From NCBI GenBank assembly GCA_035399325.1, contig DAOPIV010000001.1, forward strand, positions 1 through 30,145: a DNA stretch of 30,145 bases, read 5' to 3'. Shown here one piece after another: positions 8,529 through 16,928 of the stretch. This DNA comes from Clostridia bacterium (GTDB lineage Bacteria; Bacillota; Clostridia; Christensenellales; CAG-314). The stretch's first letter is position 1, and the number at the start of each line of letters is the position of its first letter. The notes beneath the pieces are model-generated. The model did not search any database and had not been told where the DNA came from. It saw only the letters and a program-made list of their open reading frames with translations. The translations under genes were made by a program, and so were the position numbers.

Positions 8529-11500
8529 TTATTGTGTTAAAGCGATTTCCGTCAAAAATTCCTCCAATACGCCAGTCGCTTTTTCATCCGTTATCTTTCC
8601 GCATTTTAGCGTTAACGCTGCCGTTTTGTTGTCCAAAACACAATTTTCACTCCGCTTTGAAATGGATTCGAACACTTCTTGCCGCATCAAAGAGTCTTTT
8701 GTTTCAAAATTCAGCCTTGCGGTGCCTTTTCGCAGCGTCAAATCATTTATTCCCGCCTTAAACGCAAGCAGTTTTATGGTTACAATCGTTAGCAGGTTTA
8801 CCACTTCTTGTGGCGGTTTTCCATAAATTTCCGTTAATTCGGTGAGCAAATCATTCTTTTCTTTCAGTGACGATACGTTAGCCATTTTTTGGTAAAATAC
8901 CATTCTTGACTCGCTGTCTGCTATATAGTTCTCGTCTGCAAATGCGTCCAAATCAATATCTACGGTGGTGTTAACCATCGTGCGAGGAATAGGCTCGTTT
9001 TTGAGTTCCGCCACCGCTTCGGACAAAAGTTTTACATACATGTCGTAGCCGACTTTTTGCATATGTCCGTGTTGTTCACGCCCAAGCACATTTCCAGCAC
9101 CACGTATTTCAAGGTCCGCCATTGCGATTTTGAAACCGCTGCCAAGTTCACTGTTTTCCATAATACTGGTCAGCCTTTTGTATGCGATTTCGGTCACAAT
9201 CTTGTTTTCTTTGTAAATCAAATACGCATAGGCTTGTCTGTCGCTTCTGCCCACTCGTCCCCGCAGTTGATAAAGCTGCGAAAGCCCAAGGTAATCGGCA
9301 TCGTAAATAATAAGTGTGTTTGCGTTTGGTATGTCAATTCCGTTTTCTATTATTGTCGTGCAAATAAGCACATTGTGTTTTCCTTTTGCAAAATCATATA
9401 CGCTTTTTTCAAGTAGAGCGCTGTCCATTTGCCCGTGTGCTACAATGACGTCTGCGTTAGGAACAAGTTTTCTTATTTTTGATGCGTATCGTTCTATGGT
9501 TTCCACTCTGTTGTACACCAAAAATATTTGTCCGCCTCGACTTATTTCCCTTATTATTATGTCCCTAATCATCACATCGCTTTCTTCAACCACAAAAGTT
9601 TCTATCGGCAGTCTTGCTTTTGGCGGAGTGCTGATTGTGGAAATATCTCTCATTCCCGTTAACGCCATATGCAGCGTTCTTGGTATTGGCGTTGCGGACA
9701 AAGTTAATACGTCAATATTTGTTTTGATTTCTTTAAGTTTTTCTTTGTGTTCCACACCAAAACGCTGTTCTTCATCCAAAATAAGAAGTCCAAGTTTATT
9801 AAATTTGACGTCTTTGCTTAGTAATCTATGCGTACCAATAATTAAATCAATTTCACCTTTGGCAAGTTTTTTTAATATTTCTTTTTGCTCGGCTGCCGTG
9901 CGGAAACGGTTTAGACACTCAACCCTAAGCTCAAAACTTTTCATTCGCTCTTTTGCGGTCTCATAATGCTGTTGTGCCAAAATAGTAGTCGGCGCCATCA
10001 AAGCGGCTTGAAAACCGTTTGCGATTACTTTAAATGCTGTGCGTAAAGCTACTTCTGTTTTGCCGTATCCGACGTCTCCTACCAAGAGTCTGTCCATTAT
10101 TTTGTCTTTTGTTAAATCTAAGTCTATTTCGGCAATACTTCTTAGCTGGTCGGGAGTTTCTATAAACTCGAAAGACGACTCAAACTCTCCGCACAAGTAG
10201 CCGTCGATTTTGTAAGTAAAACCACGTTTATGTTCACGCTCGGCATAAAGTTTCAGTAAATCCACTGACATTTCTTTTATGCCTGCTTTGACTTTGGCTT
10301 TTATTCTTTCAAATTCCGCACCGCCGATTTTTGACAATCTTGGAGCGGAGTCGCTTCCTGCAAAACGGGACAGCAGGTTACTTGCTTCCACAGGAACATA
10401 AAGTCTGTCGCCGTCACGGTATTCCACAACGATAAAATCTTTTGTTCCCCAGCCGCCCGTTATGTTTTGTATACCAAGACACATTCCTATGCCGTGCTGT
10501 TCGTGCACGACGTATTCGCCTGCTGACGGCGTTAAAAATACTTGTTGTTTTGTTTTGGTAATTTTTGTCTGTGACGATTTATGCACAAGGTCTTTTGTGC
10601 CAATAACCGCAAGCTTGTTTGTATGCGAAACAAAACCCCGTTCTATTTCCAGCGGAATGATGACGCCTTGCTCGGGAGAGCAATTTTCTTTTGTGCCTAA
10701 CGCAACCGCAGTCCCGTAAAAATGCAAATGTTCCTGAATTCTTTCACTGACGTCATTGTCACCGCCGCAAATCACTATATCATATCCGTTTTTTAGCCAT
10801 GTTCTTATATCCAAAGCCAGTCTTTCTATCTCGTATCTATAAGCAAACAGCGGGGTGGACTTAAATTTTACTATTTCTTCGGGCTGAAAAATTGATGTTT
10901 GGACGGGTATTTGCTGCAAAGAAATTTGTTTGAAATTTTTGTAACCGACGGTTAGTTCGGCATATTCCACAAGCTGAGTAAAATGCTCGGGCAAGACTTC
11001 GCCCGCTGCCAGCAATCTTGGAAAGCGTGCGCTGTGGTCTTCGTAAATGCGGTTTAGCTTACTTTCAATAAGTTTTGGCTCGTCCCAAATAACAACCGTA
11101 TCTATGGGCAGATATTCATAAAGCAAACTTTGGTTTTTAAACGGACTTAACCAGCCGCTTTTTGCCGATTCGGCTATAATTGTGTTTATTCTTGCTCTGC
11201 CGTTTGAATCGAGCTTTTGTTTGGCAGCACTCTTTTCCGCATTTTGCAAGGCTTCTTCATCAGACCCTAGATAAAGCGGAATAATGTCGATGGACTCAAC
11301 TTGCTCTTTACCCGCTAAGTCCGCACCAAAAAATTTGATACTCTCCACTGTGTCATCAAAAAAACTAACACGAACTGGGTTTGGGTACTGCGGCAAAAAA
11401 ATGTCCAAAATGTCGCCCCTTAAAGCATACTCGCCCGCAACGCTAACGCTGTCGCAACGTGTGTACCCTATTTCGGTAAGTTTTTTTGGGAGCGTGTCAA

Positions 11501-11921
11501 ATGGAAAATTTTTTGCAGTGGAAAACTCAAAAATGCCGTTTCCAAATTCTGCTTTTTGCGGATAAAGCTGAGTAAGCGAATCAACGCAAACCACTGCGCC
11601 TTTCGCACCTTGTAAAATTTTACATAAAGCCACGTTTCGGGAACGCATTACAGCATTATTTACGCTGTGTTTATGAAGCAAAACGTCATCGAAATATGGA
11701 AGATAAACATATCCGCCTATGGTTTCGTTGAGCTGCCTTGTTACCGACTGCGCAAAAACATAGTCGTTTGTCACAAACAAAACAAAATTTGTAGCACAAG
11801 AAGCCAGATAAATTTTTTCGGGCGAAAGCACGCCGAAAGCCGCAGTATATTTTTTACTGCGGGGGTCGAACAGCTTTTTATAAGCCTCATATTCAGTTAA
11901 TCTATAATAGTCGCTTAACAT
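8529..11921 (-). CDS. mfd: Transcription-repair coupling factor
   Basis: GEYALRGDILDIF, GEYVVHEQHGIG (CarD/RID), ETPDQL, MDRLLVGDVGYGKTEVA, LLILDEEQRFGV, LSATPIPRTL, QLYQLRGRVGRS, DLEIRGAGNVLGREQHG, TRCF C-terminus. Confidence 0.98.
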   Translation of the reverse strand: MLSDYYRLTEYEAYKKLFDPRSKKYTAAFGVLSPEKIYLASCATNFVLFVTNDYVFAQSVTRQLNETIGGYVYLPYFDDVLLHKHSVNNAVMRSRNVALCKILQGAKGAVVCVDSLTQLYPQKAEFGNGIFEFSTAKNFPFDTLPKKLTEIGYTRCDSVSVAGEYALRGDILDIFLPQYPNPVRVSFFDDTVESIKFFGADLAGKEQVESIDIIPLYLGSDEEALQNAEKSAAKQKLDSNGRARINTIIAESAKSGWLSPFKNQSLLYEYLPIDTVVIWDEPKLIESKLNRIYEDHSARFPRLLAAGEVLPEHFTQLVEYAELTVGYKNFKQISLQQIPVQTSIFQPEEIVKFKSTPLFAYRYEIERLALDIRTWLKNGYDIVICGGDNDVSERIQEHLHFYGTAVALGTKENCSPEQGVIIPLEIERGFVSHTNKLAVIGTKDLVHKSSQTKITKTKQQVFLTPSAGEYVVHEQHGIGMCLGIQNITGGWGTKDFIVVEYRDGDRLYVPVEASNLLSRFAGSDSAPRLSKIGGAEFERIKAKVKAGIKEMSVDLLKLYAEREHKRGFTYKIDGYLCGEFESSFEFIETPDQLRSIAEIDLDLTKDKIMDRLLVGDVGYGKTEVALRTAFKVIANGFQAALMAPTTILAQQHYETAKERMKSFELRVECLNRFRTAAEQKEILKKLAKGEIDLIIGTHRLLSKDVKFNKLGLLILDEEQRFGVEHKEKLKEIKTNIDVLTLSATPIPRTLHMALTGMRDISTISTPPKARLPIETFVVEESDVMIRDIIIREISRGGQIFLVYNRVETIERYASKIRKLVPNADVIVAHGQMDSALLEKSVYDFAKGKHNVLICTTIIENGIDIPNANTLIIYDADYLGLSQLYQLRGRVGRSDRQAYAYLIYKENKIVTEIAYKRLTSIMENSELGSGFKIAMADLEIRGAGNVLGREQHGHMQKVGYDMYVKLLSEAVAELKNEPIPRTMVNTTVDIDLDAFADENYIADSESRMVFYQKMANVSSLKEKNDLLTELTEIYGKPPQEVVNLLTIVTIKLLAFKAGINDLTLRKGTARLNFETKDSLMRQEVFESISKRSENCVLDNKTAALTLKCGKITDEKATGVLEEFLTEIALTQ

Positions 11922-11980
11922 ATTCGCGAAGAAACGCTGTTTATGTTTTCTAAAAATTTAATTGCCTTATTTTGATTTTG

Positions 11981-12556
11981 CTAGTTGTATTTTTGCATTA
12001 CCTTTATTATGTCCGTTTTATCGGTAAATTCTTTTACTGCGTCTGCAGTTTTAATAAAAGCCTTTTGTAAAACATCGAAATCTTTATCGGTGATTTTTGA
12101 CAATACATAATCCGCAAGTTCGGAAACTCTTGGCTGACCAATGCCGATTCTTATGCGTGCAAAGTCTTCCGTGTGCGTTTTTGCGATAATATCTCTCATT
12201 CCGTTGTGTGTGCCGCCGCTTCCTTTGGAGCGTATACGCACGTCACCCAAAGGCAAATCCACGTCGTCGTAAACAACCAAAAACTTATCGCTTTCAATTT
12301 TGTATTTACGGACAAGCTCGTTTACCGATTCGCCCGACAAATTCATATAGGTAATAGGTTTTGCCAAAATGATTTTTGTTTTTCCGTTTTTTATATGAGC
12401 GGTAATCGCTCTGCATTCACCTTTATTAAAGGTTACACCAAGTTTTTTTGCGATTTCGTCCAAGCACAAAAACCCGACATTGTGATAAGTATTTTGATAC
12501 TTGTCGTCGGGGTTTCCCAAACCTACGATTAAATAAGTAGTCGTTTTTTCAAACAT
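11981..12556 (-). CDS. pth: Peptidyl-tRNA hydrolase
   Basis: LIVGLGNP, TYHNVGF, KPITYMNLSG, YDDVDLPLG, GGTHNGM, RIRIGIG, DYVLS. Start placed at ATG 12556 (MFEK), 6 nt after a -10 box. Confidence 0.96.
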   Translation of the reverse strand: MFEKTTTYLIVGLGNPDDKYQNTYHNVGFLCLDEIAKKLGVTFNKGECRAITAHIKNGKTKIILAKPITYMNLSGESVNELVRKYKIESDKFLVVYDDVDLPLGDVRIRSKGSGGTHNGMRDIIAKTHTEDFARIRIGIGQPRVSELADYVLSKITDKDFDVLQKAFIKTADAVKEFTDKTDIIKVMQKYN

Positions 12557-12562
12557 AGGCAT

Positions 12563-12591
12563 ATTGTAGCACAATGAAAGTCAAAAATCAA
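12563..12591 (-). promoter_or_regulatory. Sigma-A-type promoter for pth(-mfd), probably leaderless
   Basis: TTGATT-17 nt-TACAAT with extended TG; ATG follows after 6 nt with no SD. Confidence 0.7.
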
Positions 12592-12647
12592 AGTTTTACT
12601 CTTTATTTTATTTGCTAATTTCAATATTAGTTTTCTAAAAATTTGTG

Positions 12648-13418
12648 TTATTTTTTTATGACTATTTCGCCCCATGCGATTTTTTCCGTTTTGCCGTCGG
12701 TTTCAATAATGAGCGAACAGTCCTCATCAATTTTCATTGCCTTGCCGCAGTATGATTGTCCGTCTTTTTGGTAAATTATTTCCCTGCCGATAGTATCACA
12801 AATTGAGCTGTATCTTTTTATAAATTGTTGATAGTCGTTTTTGTAATCAGCAAAAATTCTATCGAGATTTTTTCCGATTTCCGCAGCTAATACCACTGTA
12901 TCTGTTTTTTTGCCAATGATTTGCGAAACCGAAACAGCGGTATCGGACAAACTGCCAAAGTCCGTATCGGTATAATTTACATTTACGCCCACACCTATAA
13001 GAATGTATCTAGCCTCATCAAATACGACTGTTTCCGACAAAATTCCGCAAAGTTTTTTTTCTTTAAACAAAACATCATTCGGCCATTTTACAGCACAGTC
13101 AATGTCATAAAGATTTTTTACCGCATCGACTACGGCAAGGCAGCATATTCCTCCGATTGAAGCACCGTATTCCACCAAAAACGGACTTACAAAGGTCATA
13201 TAAACCCCTTTGCCGCTTTTAGACAAAAAAACTCGGTCGTATCTGCCACGTCCTTTCGTTTGCATTTGCGCTAGAACTACGCCTTTCTTTATTTGCCCAG
13301 ATAGAATAAGCTTTTTCGCAAGATTGTTGGTCGAATCGGTTTTTTTAACAAAAGAGCAAGGCAAATTACTGCCCTGCTCCAAAAATATTTTGTTTACTTT
13401 TTTTTGAGTTAACAGCAT
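12648..13418 (-). CDS. birA: Biotin--[acetyl-CoA-carboxylase] ligase without N-terminal HTH
   Basis: DSTNNLAK, QTKGRGR, VKWPNDVL, KLCGILSE, IGVGVNVN; no winged-helix domain; start at ATG 13418 just after the oadB stop. Confidence 0.93.
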   Translation of the reverse strand: MLLTQKKVNKIFLEQGSNLPCSFVKKTDSTNNLAKKLILSGQIKKGVVLAQMQTKGRGRYDRVFLSKSGKGVYMTFVSPFLVEYGASIGGICCLAVVDAVKNLYDIDCAVKWPNDVLFKEKKLCGILSETVVFDEARYILIGVGVNVNYTDTDFGSLSDTAVSVSQIIGKKTDTVVLAAEIGKNLDRIFADYKNDYQQFIKRYSSICDTIGREIIYQKDGQSYCGKAMKIDEDCSLIIETDGKTEKIAWGEIVIKK

Positions 13419-13419
13419 C

Positions 13420-14583
13420 TTAGCCAAATACCGCCATCAAAAATCCCGCTGCAACGGCAGAACCTATTACGCCTGCAACGTTTGGTCCCATAGCGTGCAT
13501 AAGCAAATAATTGTCGGGGTTGTATTTTCTGCCTTCAGCGTTGACTACTCTTGCCGCCATAGGCACTGCGGAAACTCCTGCCGCACCGATAAGCGGATTG
13601 ACTTTTCCTTTTGTAATCCAGCACATAAGTTTGCCAAGAGCTAATCCGCCAACTGTGGAAAAGACAAAAGCCAGCAGTCCAAGTCCTATGATAAGCAATG
13701 TTTGGAAATCCAAAAATGTTGTGTAGTGTGCGGTTGCGCCCACGGAAATACCCAAAAAGATTGTCACTATATTCATCAAAGCGTTTTGAGACGTATCGGA
13801 AAGTCTTTGGGTAACTCCACATTCTCTAAACAAATTACCAAGCATTAGCGCGCCAAGTAACGGAGCAACTGCGGGTAACAATAAACAAGTCACCAAAGTG
13901 ATAACTATCGGAAAAAGGATTTTTTCCGTCTTTGTAACCTCACGTGGCTGTTGCATGACTATCGCTCTTTCTTTTTTGGTAGTCATTAGTTTCATCAGAG
14001 GCGGTTGTATCATCGGAATCAACGCCATATAAGAATATGCTGCAATCGCTATCGGAGCAAGAAGCTCGGGAGCGAGAGTTTTTGTCAGCCATATTGCCGT
14101 AGGTCCGTCAGCTCCGCCGATTATGCCAATAGCAGCGGCTTGGCTTCCCGTAAATCCTGTGCCGATTGCAAGGAAAAATGCGCAGTAAATACCTATTTGT
14201 GCAGCCGCACCCAAAATAAGAGATTTTGGGTTTGCAATCAGCGGACCAAAATCCGTCATTGCGCCGACTCCCAAGAAAATCAAACTTGGATAAAGACCTG
14301 TCTTTACGCCTATATAAAGTATGTCGATAAGACCGCCGTGAGCGAGTATGTTGCCGTAATCTATTTCACCTTTCCATAGCAACGGATCATATACGCTGCT
14401 GTTGGGCAAATTTGTAAGTAACATTCCAAAAGCTATGCCAACCAAAAGCATAGGCTCAAATTTTTTCGCAATGCCCAGAAAAAGTAAGACGCAAGCGATT
14501 GTGATCATTATTATTTGACGGTAATCTATATTTGCAAGACCGCTTGTCTGCCAAAGTTGTTGTAAATTTTGTATTATATTCAT
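13420..14583 (-). CDS. oadB: Na+-translocating decarboxylase beta subunit
   Basis: FEPMLLVGIAFG, GVGAMTDFGPLIANP, IGIIGGADGPT, AAYSYMALIP, GAAGVSAVPMAARV, HAMGPNVAGVIGSA. Confidence 0.95.
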   Translation of the reverse strand: MNIIQNLQQLWQTSGLANIDYRQIIMITIACVLLFLGIAKKFEPMLLVGIAFGMLLTNLPNSSVYDPLLWKGEIDYGNILAHGGLIDILYIGVKTGLYPSLIFLGVGAMTDFGPLIANPKSLILGAAAQIGIYCAFFLAIGTGFTGSQAAAIGIIGGADGPTAIWLTKTLAPELLAPIAIAAYSYMALIPMIQPPLMKLMTTKKERAIVMQQPREVTKTEKILFPIVITLVTCLLLPAVAPLLGALMLGNLFRECGVTQRLSDTSQNALMNIVTIFLGISVGATAHYTTFLDFQTLLIIGLGLLAFVFSTVGGLALGKLMCWITKGKVNPLIGAAGVSAVPMAARVVNAEGRKYNPDNYLLMHAMGPNVAGVIGSAVAAGFLMAVFG

Positions 14584-14594
14584 TTATGGCAACC

Positions 14595-14975
14595 TCACAG
14601 CAATTCCAATAGAGGCGTGCCCGTGCTTACCTGCGCTCCTTTTCCGACAAGTATTTGTCCTATTTTGCCGTCGTGGGGAGCGGTAATTTCGTTTTCCATT
14701 TTCATTGCTTCTATTATCATAAGCACTGTTCCTTTTGTGACGATTTGTCCCGTCGAAACTTTTATATTGATAATAGAACCGGGCAATGGCGAGTTTACAG
14801 TTTTTCCGCCCAAAACTGTCGGAGCGGAAGAAACAGATGTTGTAACCGCTTGGGGAGCGAGGTCAGGAGCTGAAACGACTGGCACTACCGCTTGATATTC
14901 GTCCAAAAGCATAGCCTGTGTTTTTTCAACTTCTACTTCGTACGTTTTTCCATTTAATGTGACTTTGTATTTCAT
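14595..14975 (-). CDS. Biotin carboxyl carrier subunit of the decarboxylase
   Basis: MKYKVTLNGKTYEVEVE, Ala/Pro linker, SPLPGSI, IEAMKMENEI (biotinyl-Lys); start at 14975 after GAGGG RBS. Confidence 0.92.
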   Translation of the reverse strand: MKYKVTLNGKTYEVEVEKTQAMLLDEYQAVVPVVSAPDLAPQAVTTSVSSAPTVLGGKTVNSPLPGSIINIKVSTGQIVTKGTVLMIIEAMKMENEITAPHDGKIGQILVGKGAQVSTGTPLLELL

Positions 14976-14976
14976 A

Positions 14977-15294
14977 TTATTTTCCCTCGCCAATAAGTTT
15001 TATACTTTTAAATCTCAGCTCGTTTATGGGTGTTTCAAGCGAATTTGCAACTATCGCCATAACAAGAGCCGCTTCACGTTCGGTTGTGTCGATTAGTATC
15101 AGTTCACCGCATGTTCCTTCAGCATAGTTTTGTTTTATTTTCTTTTGCATTTTTTCTGCTTTCAACTTTTCGCCTTTCATAGTAAGAAAGGACATCAATT
15201 TGATTACGTACATAAGCAAAACCAAAACAGCCATAATCAAAGTTATTCCGATAAGCGAAAGCCAAAGTGCGTCAAGTAAAGTCAGTTCTGTCAT
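14977..15294 (-). CDS. oadG: OadG/delta-type single-TM subunit of Na+-translocating decarboxylase
   Basis: N-terminal TM (LIGITLIMAVLVLLMYVI), C-terminal AALVMAIVA...RFKSIK; position between alpha and biotin carrier; AGGGGG RBS. Confidence 0.8.
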   Translation of the reverse strand: MTELTLLDALWLSLIGITLIMAVLVLLMYVIKLMSFLTMKGEKLKAEKMQKKIKQNYAEGTCGELILIDTTEREAALVMAIVANSLETPINELRFKSIKLIGEGK

Positions 15295-15306
15295 AATTTA
15301 TCCCCC

Positions 15307-16686
15307 TTACTTGATTTGTGATATGGAGTATTTCACAATTTTTTCTTCTCTTGCTTGTCTTGCCGCAAAGAATTTTTCAGCGACTTGCGGGAACAAAATG
15401 TATGAAAGCACGTCTTCGTCGCTGTGAGCGGTGTCGCCAAGCTCCGCTTTTGTTTTTTCAAATAGCGGTTCAAGATTTTCGGCATATCGTCCTGTGATAG
15501 GTTTTTCCATACCCAAAGCTTTTTTCATTAAGTCTTTGTCGATAGCAGCGGGGGCTTTGCCATATTCACCCCTTATATATGCTTTTAACTCTTTACTAAT
15601 ATTACTGTATCTTTGTCCCGAAATAACGTTGGCAGTGGCTTGAACGCCCACCATTTGACTCATTGGAGTAACAAGAGGCGGATAGCCGAGGTCTTTACGG
15701 ACTTCGGGTGTTTCCAACAGTACTTGTTCAAATTTGTCCATAGCGTTTTGCGCTTTAAGCTGAGCCACAAGGTTAGACAGCATACCGCCAGGGATTTTAT
15801 AGTTTAGAGCATTTGTGTCTGTAGTTAGTACTTTTGGATCAAGCTGTCCTGATTTTAAATATTCGTCCCTAATGGGCATAAAGTGGTCATTGACTTCTTT
15901 TATTACTTTTTCGTCAAGGTCAACTTCATAGCCAAGATTTTTTAATGCATAACAAAGCGTTTCGGTTGCGGGCTGACTTGTTCCGCCTGAAAAACACGAA
16001 GTTGCTGTGTCGAGTATGTCTGCGCCTGCTTCCACGGCTTTGAGATATGTCAAATATGCAAGACCCGTCGTGCAGTGTGTGTGGACAATTACGGGAAGTT
16101 TTACCGATTCTTTAATTGCTTTTACAAGGTCATACGCTTCGCTCGGACTCATTACGCCAGCCATATCTTTTATGCAGATACTAGCGACTCCCATGCTTTC
16201 GAGTTCTTTCGCCAGTTTTGCGAAAGCTTCCAATGTATGAACAGGGCTTGTTGTGTAACTTATTGCGCCTGAGACGATTGCTTTTCTTTTGAGCGCTTCG
16301 TCTATTGAAATTTTTAAGTTTCGTGTGTCGTTTAGCGCATCAAATACACGAATAATATCTATACCGTTACTCACGGATTTTTCAATAAATTTTCTTACCA
16401 CATCATCGGGGTAATGCTTGTAACCAAGCAGGTTTTGCCCACGCAAAAGCATTTGCAGCTTTGTGTTTTGCATGCGGTCTTTTATTTTACGCAATCTTTC
16501 CCATGGGTCTTCGTTAAGATATCTAAGGCAAGAGTCAAAAACCGCTCCGCCCCAGCATTCCACAGAATAATAATGCGCTTTGTCCATCGTAGGCAGAATT
16601 TTTTCAAATTTGTCGTACGGCAAACGAGTAGCTATCAAAGATTGATTGGCATCTCTCAATACTGTTTCGGTAAAAGAAACTTTCAT
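15307..16686 (-). CDS. oadA: Oxaloacetate decarboxylase alpha / pyruvate carboxylase subunit B-type carboxyltransferase, no biotinyl domain
   Basis: ETVLRDANQSLIATR, ECWGGAVFD, EDPWERLR, QMLLRGQNLLGY, RVFDALND, IKDMAG, VHTHCTTG, PGGMLSN, YPPLVTPMSQMVG. Confidence 0.9.
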   Translation of the reverse strand: MKVSFTETVLRDANQSLIATRLPYDKFEKILPTMDKAHYYSVECWGGAVFDSCLRYLNEDPWERLRKIKDRMQNTKLQMLLRGQNLLGYKHYPDDVVRKFIEKSVSNGIDIIRVFDALNDTRNLKISIDEALKRKAIVSGAISYTTSPVHTLEAFAKLAKELESMGVASICIKDMAGVMSPSEAYDLVKAIKESVKLPVIVHTHCTTGLAYLTYLKAVEAGADILDTATSCFSGGTSQPATETLCYALKNLGYEVDLDEKVIKEVNDHFMPIRDEYLKSGQLDPKVLTTDTNALNYKIPGGMLSNLVAQLKAQNAMDKFEQVLLETPEVRKDLGYPPLVTPMSQMVGVQATANVISGQRYSNISKELKAYIRGEYGKAPAAIDKDLMKKALGMEKPITGRYAENLEPLFEKTKAELGDTAHSDEDVLSYILFPQVAEKFFAARQAREEKIVKYSISQIK

Positions 16687-16710
16687 ATATTTACACCTCC
16701 AAATTTGCCC

Positions 16711-16738
16711 AATATATTATATCATTATATTTTGTCAA
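16711..16738 (-). promoter_or_regulatory. Promoter of the decarboxylase operon
   Basis: TTGACA-16 nt-TATATT, about 25 nt upstream of the ATG (GGAGGT RBS). Confidence 0.65.
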
Positions 16739-16834
16739 GTACAAGCGAAACGCACTCCCTTTTGCCTTTTATATTTTATAAAATTTGTTTTATTTATGCT
16801 CATTTACTATTTTTTTAAATGAAGTTTCAAACAG

Positions 16835-16870
16835 AAAATAAAAAACCCGAGATTTGACTCGGATTTTTTT
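16835..16870 (-). terminator. Intrinsic terminator after cls
   Basis: Minus strand AAAAAATCCGAG-TCAAAT-CTCGGGTTTTTTATTTT. Confidence 0.8.
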
Positions 16871-16928
16871 CTGCTGGCAGTTTTGCAATAGAACAGAAAA
16901 ATGGTCTTGGGTAAAGCAATTTCTAAAT

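Noticed and set aside
15307-16686. RDANQ instead of RDAHQ in OadA as a sign of inactivation
   Set aside because: The catalytic Arg-Asp, KDMAG Lys and HTH metal ligands are intact, and this position varies in the family.
16770-16790. Palindrome ATTTTATAAAAT upstream of the oad promoter
   Set aside because: Pure A/T palindrome, expected by chance at this composition.
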